Shown piece after piece: positions 1 to 10,606 of a stretch of DNA of 36,428 nt. Below the pieces are notes generated by a model. That model saw only the letters and a list, made by a program, of their open reading frames with translations, was not told the origin of the DNA and made no database searches. This DNA comes from Bacteroidota bacterium. Lineage in GTDB: Bacteria; Bacteroidota; Bacteroidia; Chitinophagales; Saprospiraceae. The position numbers and the translations under genes are program-made. Location of the stretch: positions 1-36,428 of the forward strand of contig QQUB01000450.1 in NCBI GenBank assembly GCA_008501835.1, in the 5' to 3' direction. Position 1 is the first letter of the stretch, and the number at the start of each line of letters is the position of its first letter.

Positions 1-1520
1 CATCTATTAATCCAGGAGCAGCGGAAGTTTGTGACGGCATTGATAATAATTGTAATGGCTTAGTTGATGAAGGATTTGATCTGGATGGCGATGGAGTTAG
101 TTCTTGTGGCGGCGATTGTGATGATTACAATGCTTCTGTCTATCCGGGAGCTCCGGAAATCTGTGATGGCCTGGACAATGATTGTGATGGTAGTGTACCT
201 GGAGATGAAGTGGATAATGATGGGGATGGATATTTGTCATGCAATGATTGTGATGATACTGACCCGGCTCTAAACCCGGGAGCGGTTGAAATTATAGGCA
301 ACGGTATAGATGATAATTGTGACGGGTTAGTGGATATACTTCCATATTGTACGCCAACAAATTATTATGCATGTTATTATATGTGGATTTCCAATGTGAC
401 CCTGGAAGAAATTAACAACACTTCTGGTTGTTCTTCCGGGTATTCAGATTATACATCCATGATTGCATCAGTATTACCAGGTGCCACTTACAACATATCT
501 TTTTCAGTTAGTAATTACAGTCAATACGTAAGTGTGTACATTGATTGGAATCTTGATGGTGATTTTAATGATGCCGGGGAAAATGTAGTTAATAATACCT
601 ATGTCTATTATTACTCTACAGGTTATGCAAGTTTTACAGTTCCAGCCGGTGCTAAAGGAGATTACACCATGAGAGTAATATCCGATTACTACTACATTAA
701 TGATCCTTGTTTCACCTATTACGGAGAAGTGGAGGATTATAGAGTTAGTTCCTGTGACGATCCTGATGATGATGACGTTTGTGGAGATGACGATAATTGC
801 CCGTATGATGCCAACCCAGACCAGTTAGATACAGATGGTGATGGATTGGGTGATGCATGTGATCCGGATGATGACAATGATGGCTGTCTGGATGGAGAAG
901 ATGATAATCCTCTTGTAGCAAGTGTGGATACAGATGGCGATGGTGATGCCGATGATTGTGACGATGATGATGATAATGACGGCATTCCGGATGAATGCGA
1001 CACAGCTCCGCTCGTGGACAACTATGTCTTCAATGGAATAGATGAAGATTTCCCTGCACAATGGCTATGTGGTAATAACAATAACAAAGTACTGGTTTGC
1101 CATGTGCCTCAAGGTAACCCAGCGAATGTACAAACCATTTGCATCAGTCCAAATGCAGTATCAACTCATGTTGGCAACCACGGTGGTGATTACCTTGGCG
1201 AATGCTCTTGTACTGAAGAAAACGAAGGGTTTGCGCAAAACATCAATACCAACCCTGTTTCGTCTCATGTACTCAAGGTTGACGTTTTCCCGAATCCGGC
1301 CAACACGGAAGTGAATTTCCATATGGATGGTATTGGCAAGGAAGGAACACTGGTTATCTTTGATCATCTGGGCCGTCAGGTATTGACACAGCGACTGGTA
1401 GAGTACCAGCATAACCTGCAGCTTGACCTTACAGGACCACAATTCCAAAGTGGAATCTACTTCGTATCGATCATCTCAGAAGGTGAAAAGATGATGAAGC
1501 GTTTTGTAGTAACGAAATAA
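1..1520 (+). CDS. Secreted multidomain surface protein, 5'-truncated by the window edge: MopE-like Cys/Asp metal-binding repeats, GEVED domain, thrombospondin type-3 Ca-binding repeats, T9SS C-terminal sorting domain
   Basis: The frame of the listed 210..1520 ORF stays open back to nt 3 ([31 protein letters not shown]...), so the gene enters from the left edge. It has repeated CDDxDxx[IVL]xPGAxExCDGxDN[DN]C[DN]G units, [10 protein letters not shown], and [34 protein letters not shown]3-type repeats. It also has the Cys motif [37 protein letters not shown]. The C-terminus [14 protein letters not shown]...GIYFVSI...KRFVVTK is a Por/T9SS tail. Confidence 0.85.
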   Translation, partial: SINPGAAEVCDGIDNNCNGLVDEGFDLDGDGVSSCGGDCDDYNASVYPGAPEICDGLDNDCDGSVPGDEVDNDGDGYLSCNDCDDTDPALNPGAVEIIGNGIDDNCDGLVDILPYCTPTNYYACYYMWISNVTLEEINNTSGCSSGYSDYTSMIASVLPGATYNISFSVSNYSQYVSVYIDWNLDGDFNDAGENVVNNTYVYYYSTGYASFTVPAGAKGDYTMRVISDYYYINDPCFTYYGEVEDYRVSSCDDPDDDDVCGDDDNCPYDANPDQLDTDGDGLGDACDPDDDNDGCLDGEDDNPLVASVDTDGDGDADDCDDDDDNDGIPDECDTAPLVDNYVFNGIDEDFPAQWLCGNNNNKVLVCHVPQGNPANVQTICISPNAVSTHVGNHGGDYLGECSCTEENEGFAQNINTNPVSSHVLKVDVFPNPANTEVNFHMDGIGKEGTLVIFDHLGRQVLTQRLVEYQHNLQLDLTGPQFQSGIYFVSIISEGEKMMKRFVVTK

Positions 1521-1567
1521 GTAATGTTAATTTTTGAAAGGTTTATTTAATTACCTTTCATCAGGAG

Positions 1568-1601
1568 GGCCGGTACTTTTGAAAAGTGCCGGCCTTTTTT
1601 T
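1568..1601 (+). terminator. Rho-independent terminator after the T9SS cargo gene
   Basis: A 9-bp stem ggccggtac / gtgccggcc (one G-U pair) with a 9-nt loop is followed by a T7 run (1595-1601). It is preceded by a second 8-bp hairpin tgaaaggt/acctttca at 1535-1560. Confidence 0.75.
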
Positions 1602-1835
1602 GTGAGATTTTTCGAATCCTTAAAAAGGTGTAGTGAAGCAAATGTAATAACCGACAACTTTGATTTGACCTGATTAATCCTGTGTATTCCCATTTTTCAA
1701 AAGAACAATTAGGGAAATAAATATGGAGAGTGTTATCTTGGATCGGCACATTTCATTCATTTCATCGGAGTGATTTTTATTTTTCAACAAGAAACAACAA
1801 AACGAAATCCTCCAAACGGAAAGATAAACTGACAT

Positions 1836-3179
1836 ATGAGCATAGAAAAATCCAACCCTGTCGTCTCCAGAGAATTGTTGATTCCATTTATTTTGATTAC
1901 CAGCCTTTTTGCCCTTTGGGGATTCGCCAATGATATTACCAACCCAATGGTGTCTGCCTTTAAAAAGGTATTGGAATTAAACAATACCCAGGCCTCATGG
2001 GTGCAGCTGGCCTTTTACGGCGGTTATTTTACGATGGCATTACCAGCAGCAATTTTTGCCAAAAAATATTCCTATAAAACAGGGATCTTAATAGGATTGG
2101 CCTTGTATGCTGCGGGGGCCTTGTTGTTTTACCCGGCCGCTGCTTTCGAACAATTTGGCTTTTTTCTGGCGGCATTATACATTTTGACCTTTGGCCTGGC
2201 ATTTTTAGAAACAACTGCCAACCCATTTATCTTATCCATGGGTTCTGAGGAAACAGCCACCCAACGACTCAACCTCGCACAGGCTTTCAACCCAATTGGC
2301 GCTTTGGCTGGCTTATTTGTTGCACAAAATTTCATTTTAGGTTCCCTGCAATCTGATGATGTGGATGCCAGTGGCAATGTAATTTATGATACCTTGTCTG
2401 AAACGGCGAAAGCCGGGATTCGAAGTGCGGATTTGATGGTGATTAGAAATCCTTACGTGGCCCTTGGATTGGCGGTAATGGTCATTTTTGTTCTGATCGC
2501 AATAGTGAAAATGCCTGAAAACCATGAAGAAGAAAAAGGGGGAAGTATTGCTGGCGCTATTGTCCGGATTTTCAAAGGAGCGAAATTCAGAGAGGGAGTT
2601 ATCGCTCAGATATTTTATGTAGGTGCCCAGATCATGTGCTGGACTTACATTTATCAATATGCGGAAACATTGGGAATTGATAATCGATCGGCAGTACCTT
2701 ATGCAATGGCAGCGTTGGGGATTTTCCTGCTCGGGCGATGGGTTTGTACTTATTTAATGCGTTTTGTCAATACAGGAAGACTGCTGTTCTTTATGTCCAT
2801 GCTGGCCATCATTTTTACCCTTGGAGCGATTTTTATTCAAGGCATGACGGGGTTGTATAGTTTAGTCCTGATTTCTTTCTGTATGTCTTTGATGTTCCCG
2901 ACTATTTATGGAATTGCTCTGGAGGGGATGGGAGATGATGCAAAATACGGGGCTGCCTTTTTGGTGATGGCCATTGTAGGCGGTGCGATTATGCCAACTG
3001 CCCAGGGAATGATTTTGGATATTGGAGGCACTGGCTATTCAGATACGCGCATTTTGGGAGTACCTGAAGTGAACTTTTCTTTTGTTTTGCCAATGATTTG
3101 TTTTGTGGTTGTCGGTATTTTTGGCTACCGGAGTTACCGGATTCATACTTCAGAAAAAATTATTGATGCAGCCGAATAA
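1836..3179 (+). CDS. fucP: L-fucose:H+ symporter permease (MFS)
   Basis: 447 aa, polytopic. FALWGFANDITNPMVSAFKK, QLAFYGGYF, LETTANPF and QRLNLAQAFNPIGA closely resemble E. coli FucP motifs as I recall them. It sits beside a fucose catabolic cluster. Confidence 0.85.
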   Translation: MSIEKSNPVVSRELLIPFILITSLFALWGFANDITNPMVSAFKKVLELNNTQASWVQLAFYGGYFTMALPAAIFAKKYSYKTGILIGLALYAAGALLFYPAAAFEQFGFFLAALYILTFGLAFLETTANPFILSMGSEETATQRLNLAQAFNPIGALAGLFVAQNFILGSLQSDDVDASGNVIYDTLSETAKAGIRSADLMVIRNPYVALGLAVMVIFVLIAIVKMPENHEEEKGGSIAGAIVRIFKGAKFREGVIAQIFYVGAQIMCWTYIYQYAETLGIDNRSAVPYAMAALGIFLLGRWVCTYLMRFVNTGRLLFFMSMLAIIFTLGAIFIQGMTGLYSLVLISFCMSLMFPTIYGIALEGMGDDAKYGAAFLVMAIVGGAIMPTAQGMILDIGGTGYSDTRILGVPEVNFSFVLPMICFVVVGIFGYRSYRIHTSEKIIDAAE

Positions 3180-4014
3180 ATTCCGAAGGATTCAGGCCTT
3201 TTATTTTTCGGAATTGTTTGTTGAAATTGGATAAATTATTAAACCCGGATTCATAACAGACGGCACTGATATTTGATTTGTTTTCTATTAATAATTTGCA
3301 GGCATATCCTATTCGTATTTCAATTAGATACCTTGAAAAAGTCTTCTGGTGTATCCGTTTAAAGTAGCGGCTAAATGCAGAGGGGTTCATTCCTGCAATG
3401 GATGCTACGTCATTGAGTTGGATCGAATTTTTGAAATTTTTGAAAATATATTCATGGATTTCATCCGACCCTTCACTGATTTTTGTGTTCAGATAACCCT
3501 CACTGGACAAAAGGGTGATTTTTTCATGTTTGGCTAATTGGTGCAAAATCCGGAGTAATTGCATCAGCTTCTGGAAGTCATCCTTTTCTTCAATGAGTTG
3601 CCTGATGGCCGTTTGAATTGAAAAATTCAGATCTAAAAACCGGATACCCCTCCGGGCTTTTTCAAACAGATTGGACAAATGACTGGTACTGTTTAAATTC
3701 AGGAAAGCTTTTCCGACAAAATCTTCCCTGAAATGGATGCTGTAAGCGGAAGCAATAAGCCCTGAATTTTTCTGAAAGTAAGAGTCGTAATTGAGCCACA
3801 TGTGAGGTAAGTTTTTACCGATAAGAATAACCTCTCCAGGCTCAAATTTTTCAATGCTGTCCCCCACGAACCGGGTGCCCTCACTTGCTTTGATAACCAC
3901 TAGTTCCAGTTCCGGATGATAGTGCCAGATCTTTAAGAAGTTCGGCACTGTATTTTCCCGAACCGCAAAGGGTTTACTTTGGGTTGAACTCCTGTCTAAT
4001 AGTTTTGGTTTCAA
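3160..4014 (-). CDS. AraC family transcriptional regulator (N-terminal cupin sensor plus C-terminal HTH)
   Basis: 284 aa. Cupin-like WHYHPELELVVI...GDSIEKFEPGEVILIGKNLPHMW, then the AraC HTH region IAGMNPSAFSRYFKR...GFNNLSNFNKQFRKIKGLNPSEF. The start is apparently TTG at 4014. Its 3' end overlaps the fucP 3' end by 20 nt. Confidence 0.85.
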   Translation of the reverse strand: MKPKLLDRSSTQSKPFAVRENTVPNFLKIWHYHPELELVVIKASEGTRFVGDSIEKFEPGEVILIGKNLPHMWLNYDSYFQKNSGLIASAYSIHFREDFVGKAFLNLNSTSHLSNLFEKARRGIRFLDLNFSIQTAIRQLIEEKDDFQKLMQLLRILHQLAKHEKITLLSSEGYLNTKISEGSDEIHEYIFKNFKNSIQLNDVASIAGMNPSAFSRYFKRIHQKTFSRYLIEIRIGYACKLLIENKSNISAVCYESGFNNLSNFNKQFRKIKGLNPSEFIRLHQ

Positions 4015-4207
4015 ATGAAATCGGGTTGGTTTATAAATCTATTGTCCAAACACAAGTTAAAAAATATGTTCAAATTTTTTCCTTGAATTCCCTGTTAAGC
4101 ACCTCTGGGGCAATGAAAGCATCGGTTTTTATAAGTAGAGAGGTAGTCCGGCCTTTTAAAAAGAGCTATGTTTGTTTGTACTTTTAAACCATACCATTCC
4201 CTGATTA

Positions 4208-5533
4208 ATGCAGTCAAATCTATACATTACAGATATTGAAGTTAAGGATATCCGCTTCCCCACCAGTAAAACTTTGGATGGTTCGGATGCTATGAATCCT
4301 GATCCCGATTATTCCGCAGCATATGTGATTTTAAAGACCAATCATCCTGAAAACCTGGAAGGGCATGGCTTGACTTTTACCATTGGCAGAGGAAATGAAC
4401 TTTGCGTGGCCGCCATCCACTCTCTGGCACATTTGGTGGTCGACAAATCCATAAAGTCCATTACCCAAGATATGGGTGGTTTTTGGAAAGAGATTACAGG
4501 CGACAGTCAATTGCGCTGGCTGGGGCCCGAAAAAGGTGTGATCCACTTAGCTACAGGGGCAGTTGTCAATGCCGTTTGGGATTTGTATGCCAAGATAGCG
4601 GGCAAACCTCTTTGGCAATTACTGGCGGATATGTCTCCTGAAGAATTTATCAGTTGCATTGATTTCACCTACATCACCGATGCCATAACCAGGGAAGAAG
4701 CTCTTGCTCTATTGTCCGAAAAGGCTGCCACCAAAAGAGAAAGAATTGCCGAATTGAAGGTTAATGGATACCCGGCCTATACGACCTCTGCGGGGTGGTT
4801 GGGTTATTCTGATGAGAAAATGCGCAGATTGTGCAGGGAAGCCAAAGCTGAAGGGTTTACGCATTTGAAAATGAAAGTCGGGTCCAACCTGGAGGATGAT
4901 ATGCGCAGAGCAAGGATCATCAGGGAGGAAATTGGGGAGGACCTTCGGTTGATGATGGATGCAAACCAGAAATGGGATGTAAATGAGGCTATTGAAAACA
5001 TGGAAGCATTAGCAGCTTTTAACCCTTACTGGATCGAAGAACCAACAAGCCCTGATGATATTTTGGGGCATGCGAAAATTGCTAAAGCCGTTGCTCCGAT
5101 AAAAGTCGCGACAGGAGAGCATTGTCAGAACAGGGTGATGTTCAAGCAATTAATGCAGGCCAATGCAATCGACATTTGTCAGATTGATAGCTGCAGAGTT
5201 GGAGGGGTGAATGAGATCTTGGCGATTCTTTTAATGGCGGCCAAGTTCGATGTTCCTGTTTGCCCGCATGCCGGAGGGGTAGGGTTGTGTGAATATGTTC
5301 AGCATTTATCCATGATAGATTACATTGCCATCAGCGCTTCTATGGAAAACAGAATCATCGAATATGTTGATCATTTGCACGAGCACTTTCTTGACCCTGT
5401 AATCATCGAGAACGGTCACTACCTGCCACCATCTAAGCCCGGATACAGTATTGAGATGAAGCCAGAATCCCTGGAGCAGTATGAGTTTCCAAACGGAGCG
5501 ATCTGGCAGGCAGAATTAAAAGCAAAAAAGTAA
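4208..5533 (+). CDS. fucD: L-fuconate dehydratase (enolase superfamily, mandelate racemase subgroup)
   Basis: 441 aa. N-terminal ITDIEVKDIRFPTSKTLDGSDAMNPDPDYSAAYV is characteristic of FucD/ENOSF1-type enzymes. Metal and catalytic motifs are present: KMKVG, MMDANQKWD, WIEEP, ATGEH, CPHAGG. Confidence 0.85.
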   Translation: MQSNLYITDIEVKDIRFPTSKTLDGSDAMNPDPDYSAAYVILKTNHPENLEGHGLTFTIGRGNELCVAAIHSLAHLVVDKSIKSITQDMGGFWKEITGDSQLRWLGPEKGVIHLATGAVVNAVWDLYAKIAGKPLWQLLADMSPEEFISCIDFTYITDAITREEALALLSEKAATKRERIAELKVNGYPAYTTSAGWLGYSDEKMRRLCREAKAEGFTHLKMKVGSNLEDDMRRARIIREEIGEDLRLMMDANQKWDVNEAIENMEALAAFNPYWIEEPTSPDDILGHAKIAKAVAPIKVATGEHCQNRVMFKQLMQANAIDICQIDSCRVGGVNEILAILLMAAKFDVPVCPHAGGVGLCEYVQHLSMIDYIAISASMENRIIEYVDHLHEHFLDPVIIENGHYLPPSKPGYSIEMKPESLEQYEFPNGAIWQAELKAKK

Positions 5534-5545
5534 AATATACCAAAT

Positions 5546-6325
5546 ATGAAATTTAGCCTGAAAAATAAAACAGCAATTATTACAGGTGGAGCAAGTGGTA
5601 TCGGAAAAGCGATAGCAGAAACCTTCTCTGAAATGGGAGCCACTGTCCATATCATTGACGTGAACGAGCAAGCCGGTAAACAAACAGCCAGCGAATTAAC
5701 CTCGAAACACAATAGTACCTACTTTCATAAATGTGATGTGTCGAATTTCGACCAGGTAGAAAGAGTGATCAGCTCCGTTAACACTGTAAATGATGGTATT
5801 GATATCTTGATCAATAATGCGGGAATAGCCTTTGTCGGCAATATTGAAAATACACCTGAAGACGCCATGGATCAATTATACAATGTCAATATTAAAGGAA
5901 TTTTCAATTGCGCAAAAGCAGTAATTCCTTATTTTAAAGCAAAAAACAAAGGGGTGATCGTCAATACAGCCTCAATTGCTTCATCGGTTGGCATAGAAGA
6001 CAGGTTTGCCTATTCCATGACCAAGGGGGCAGTTTTGACGATGATGTATTCCATTGCCAGAGATTATCTTAAATACAATATCAGGTGTAATAGTATCTCT
6101 CCGGCTAGAATTCATACCCCTTTTGTGGATAGTTTTATCGCACAGAATTACCCGGGAAGAGAAAAAGAAATGTTTGATAATTTATCCAAAACCCAGCCAA
6201 TCGGCAGAATGGGCACGCCGCAGGAAGTAGCCGATCTGGCGCTTTATTTAGCTTCGGATGAGGCGGCTTTTATTACCGGAACAGACTTCCCGATTGATGG
6301 GGGATTTATTAAATTAAATGGTTGA
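5546..6325 (+). CDS. SDR family oxidoreductase (candidate 2-keto-3-deoxy-L-fuconate dehydrogenase or L-fucose dehydrogenase)
   Basis: 259 aa with TGGASGIGKA, NNAG and the canonical YSMTK catalytic motif. Its position in the fucose cluster suggests the role. The substrate cannot be assigned between the two SDRs from sequence alone. Confidence 0.8.
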   Translation: MKFSLKNKTAIITGGASGIGKAIAETFSEMGATVHIIDVNEQAGKQTASELTSKHNSTYFHKCDVSNFDQVERVISSVNTVNDGIDILINNAGIAFVGNIENTPEDAMDQLYNVNIKGIFNCAKAVIPYFKAKNKGVIVNTASIASSVGIEDRFAYSMTKGAVLTMMYSIARDYLKYNIRCNSISPARIHTPFVDSFIAQNYPGREKEMFDNLSKTQPIGRMGTPQEVADLALYLASDEAAFITGTDFPIDGGFIKLNG

Positions 6326-6348
6326 AAAAATAACTGTAGAAACTTAAT

Positions 6349-7211
6349 ATGAAATTAATCAGATTTGGAGAACCGGGAAATGAAAAACCCGGGCTGGAAT
6401 TGACAGATGGCTCCCGGATAGATGTATCCGCTTGCTGCAAAGATTATGATGAAAACTTCTTTGCTACGGGAGGAATGGAAGAGCTGGAAGAATGGCTAAA
6501 AACCAATAAGGAGAATTGCCCTGTTGTAGGAAATAATGTTCGACTCGGACCTCCGATTGTCCGGCCGTCCAAAATTGTTTGTGTAGGGTTGAATTATGCC
6601 AAACACGCAGAAGAAAGCGGCATGGCCATACCCGGTGAACCTGTTTTGTTTTTCAAAGCAACATCATCCATAACCGGCCCGAATGATCCGGTAATGTTGC
6701 CAAAAGGAGGCGAAAAAACGGATTGGGAAGTGGAGTTGGCAGTGGTGATCGGGAAAAAGGCTTCTTATGTTTCAAAAGAAGAGGCTATGGATTTTGTGGC
6801 AGGTTATATGATACATAATGATATCAGCGAAAGAGCCTTTCAGCTGGAGAGGGAAGGACAATGGGTTAAGGGGAAAAGTTGTGACACTTTCGCCCCGATA
6901 GGCCCTTTTTTGGCGACCAAATCAGAAATAGCAGACCCGCATAAGCTGGACCTTTGGTTGACCGTAAATGGAGAAAAACTTCAACATAGTAATACTTCCG
7001 ATTTTATTTTTGACATACCTCATGTAGTCAGCTATATCAGTCAATTCATGACTTTACTGCCTGGTGATATCATTTCAACCGGTACGCCATTTGGTGTAGG
7101 CCTTGGATTCAACCCGCCGAAATATTTAAAAGCAGGTGATGTGATGGAGTTGGGAATCGAAGGCTTGGGAGTTTCACGCCAGGAAGTTATTGCTTTTAAG
7201 AAAAATGCCTG

Positions 7212-7212
<1 letters not shown>
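6349..7212 (+). CDS. Fumarylacetoacetate hydrolase (FAH) family protein, candidate 2,4-diketo-3-deoxy-L-fuconate hydrolase
   Basis: 287 aa. KIVCVGLNYAKHAEE, DWEVELAVVIGK, GKSCDTFAPIGP and PGDIISTGTPFGVG are typical FAH-fold motifs. It lies in the fucose cluster. Confidence 0.8.
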
Positions 7213-8860
<1,648 letters not shown>

Positions 8861-8871
8861 TAATACAACTT

Positions 8872-9216
8872 ATGAGCGAGGGATTAACAAAATACTGCTG
8901 GGCCCTGGACTTGAAAGACGATGAAAATCTCATTCAGGAGTACAGAGCCTATCATCAGGCTGTTTGGCCGGAAATAATCACCAGTATTAAAGATGCCGGA
9001 ATAGAGGAATTGGAAATTTATGCAGTTGGTAATCGCCTTTTTATGATAATGATGGTCAACGAAACTTTTTCGTTTGAAAGAAAATCAGCGATGGATGCTG
9101 CCAATCCCATGGTACAGGAGTGGGAAACCTTGATGTGGAAATATCAGCAGGCATTACCTGTTGCCCGGGAAGGAGAGAAGTGGGTTCTGATGGAAAAAAT
9201 ATTTCAATTGCACTGA
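8872..9216 (+). CDS. RhaM/YiiL-family mutarotase (L-fucose/L-rhamnose mutarotase)
   Basis: 114 aa. EYRAYHQAVWPEI...IYAVGNRLFMIMMVNE...QEWETLMWKYQ matches the small ferredoxin-like RhaM family pattern (..Y...H...WPE...). Confidence 0.75.
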   Translation: MSEGLTKYCWALDLKDDENLIQEYRAYHQAVWPEIITSIKDAGIEELEIYAVGNRLFMIMMVNETFSFERKSAMDAANPMVQEWETLMWKYQQALPVAREGEKWVLMEKIFQLH

Positions 9217-9239
9217 ATTGCTAAATAATTTATAAAGAC

Positions 9240-10397
9240 ATGAGTAAGGCCAACCAATACAATCCGAATTATCCTTCTATTGATGATTTGCGTACAAAAG
9301 CCAGGAAGAGGATTCCGAAATTTGCCTTTGAATATCTGGATGGAGGTTGCAATGAAGACACCAATATCGTCAAAAATACCGCAGAGATCAGGGAAGTTGA
9401 ATTAATTCCGCATTATCTGAGTAAACATACGGGATCAAGCATGAAGACCGAATTGTTTGGTCGTGAATATGATGCGCCATTTGGCATTGCTCCTGTTGGT
9501 TTGCAGGGCCTGATGTGGCCTAAATCAGCTGAAATCCTGGCTAAGGCCGCATTTGAACACAACATCCCATTTGTTCTCAGTACAGTATCGACCTCCAGCA
9601 TAGAAACCATCGCCGAGATTACTGAGGGTAAAGCATGGTTTCAATTATATCACCCTGCTGAAGATAAGGTCAGAGACGATATCATCAGGCGGGTAGAAGC
9701 TGCAAATATGCCGGTGTTGGTCATATTAAGTGATGTGCCGACCTTTGGGTTCAGACCAAGGGATATTCGAAATGGATTGGCAATGCCTCCTAAAATGTCG
9801 ATCGGTAATATGATGCAAATTCTGGGGAAACCCCATTGGGCTCTGCAAACGCTGGTTAAGGGACAGCCCAGTTTCAAGACCCTTGAGCCTTACATGCCCA
9901 AAGGTTTAAACCTTGCACAATTGGGTAAATTCATGGATAGTACGTTCTCCGGTCGGTTGAACGAAGAAAAAATCAAGCCTATCAGGGATATGTGGAAGGG
10001 GAAATTGGTCATCAAAGGCATCGCCAACGAGGCGGACGCCGAAAGAGCCATTAAATTAGGGGTGGATGGTTTAATTGTTTCCAATCATGGAGGACGGCAG
10101 TTAGATGCCGGGGAGTCGACGATCAAGCCTTTGAAAAGGATTGCAGAAAAATACGGTGATCAAATAAAAGTGATGATGGACAGCGGGCTGCGTTCAGGAC
10201 CTGATATTGCCCGGTCTATGGCCAGCGGAGCTGCATTTACCTTCCTGGGGCGTGCCTTTATGTATGGAGTTGCAGCCCTGGGCAAGGAAGGGGGAGGTCA
10301 TACAATTTCCGTACTCAAGGTCCAGCTACAGCAGGTCATGGAACAGATTTGCTGCGAAAAAATTACAGACTTTCCGCAGTTTTTGAAGCAGCAATAG
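9240..10397 (+). CDS. FMN-dependent alpha-hydroxy acid dehydrogenase/oxidase (L-lactate dehydrogenase-like)
   Basis: 385 aa. It carries the signature SNHGGRQLD plus AFEYLDGG at the N-terminus and DSGLRSGPDIA. It would consume the L-lactate released by the last step of the fucose pathway. Confidence 0.85.
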   Translation: MSKANQYNPNYPSIDDLRTKARKRIPKFAFEYLDGGCNEDTNIVKNTAEIREVELIPHYLSKHTGSSMKTELFGREYDAPFGIAPVGLQGLMWPKSAEILAKAAFEHNIPFVLSTVSTSSIETIAEITEGKAWFQLYHPAEDKVRDDIIRRVEAANMPVLVILSDVPTFGFRPRDIRNGLAMPPKMSIGNMMQILGKPHWALQTLVKGQPSFKTLEPYMPKGLNLAQLGKFMDSTFSGRLNEEKIKPIRDMWKGKLVIKGIANEADAERAIKLGVDGLIVSNHGGRQLDAGESTIKPLKRIAEKYGDQIKVMMDSGLRSGPDIARSMASGAAFTFLGRAFMYGVAALGKEGGGHTISVLKVQLQQVMEQICCEKITDFPQFLKQQ

Positions 10398-10606
10398 TCC
10401 TGGTGCCGACTCCTGTTTAGCCGGAAATTATGATTTTCTAATCTTGATTGACACTTCATTGTTTATCACCTGGAAAACTCTACTCCGATAGTCTGTATTA
10501 TTACATCACTTTGGTAACGGTTGTGGCCAATTATTCTTGTTTTTTTACCTATCTTTAGTTGTTTCATCCTCAAACCTTAGAGGTTTTTTAACTCAAAGAT
10601 AATTAC

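Noticed and set aside
64-1061. ORFs 64..273 (+), 737..1021 (-) and 825..1061 (-) overlapping the first gene
   Set aside because: They lie in alternative or antisense frames of GAT/GAC-rich Asp-repeat DNA. Their products are low-complexity (I-, S- or M-rich). The sense frame carries strong known domain motifs.
1161-3000. Short ORFs around and inside fucP (1161..1448 -, 1561..1749 -, 1730..1933 +, 1784..1984 -, 2029..2657 -)
   Set aside because: They are antisense to, or overlap, confidently assigned genes or the terminator/promoter gap. They have no motifs and odd composition.
4014-4128. Possible AraC operator direct repeat AATGAAA..TCGG(G)TT at 4014-4027 and 4112-4127 in the AraC/fucD divergent region
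   Set aside because: Only about 13 matching positions with an indel, in AT-rich DNA. This cannot be told apart from chance without comparative data or footprinting.
10572-10589. Small hairpin aaacct-tag-aggttt plus TTT just upstream of the 10607 gene
   Set aside because: A 6-bp stem is too weak to call a terminator. It is mentioned only as a relative of the 14706-14738 palindrome.
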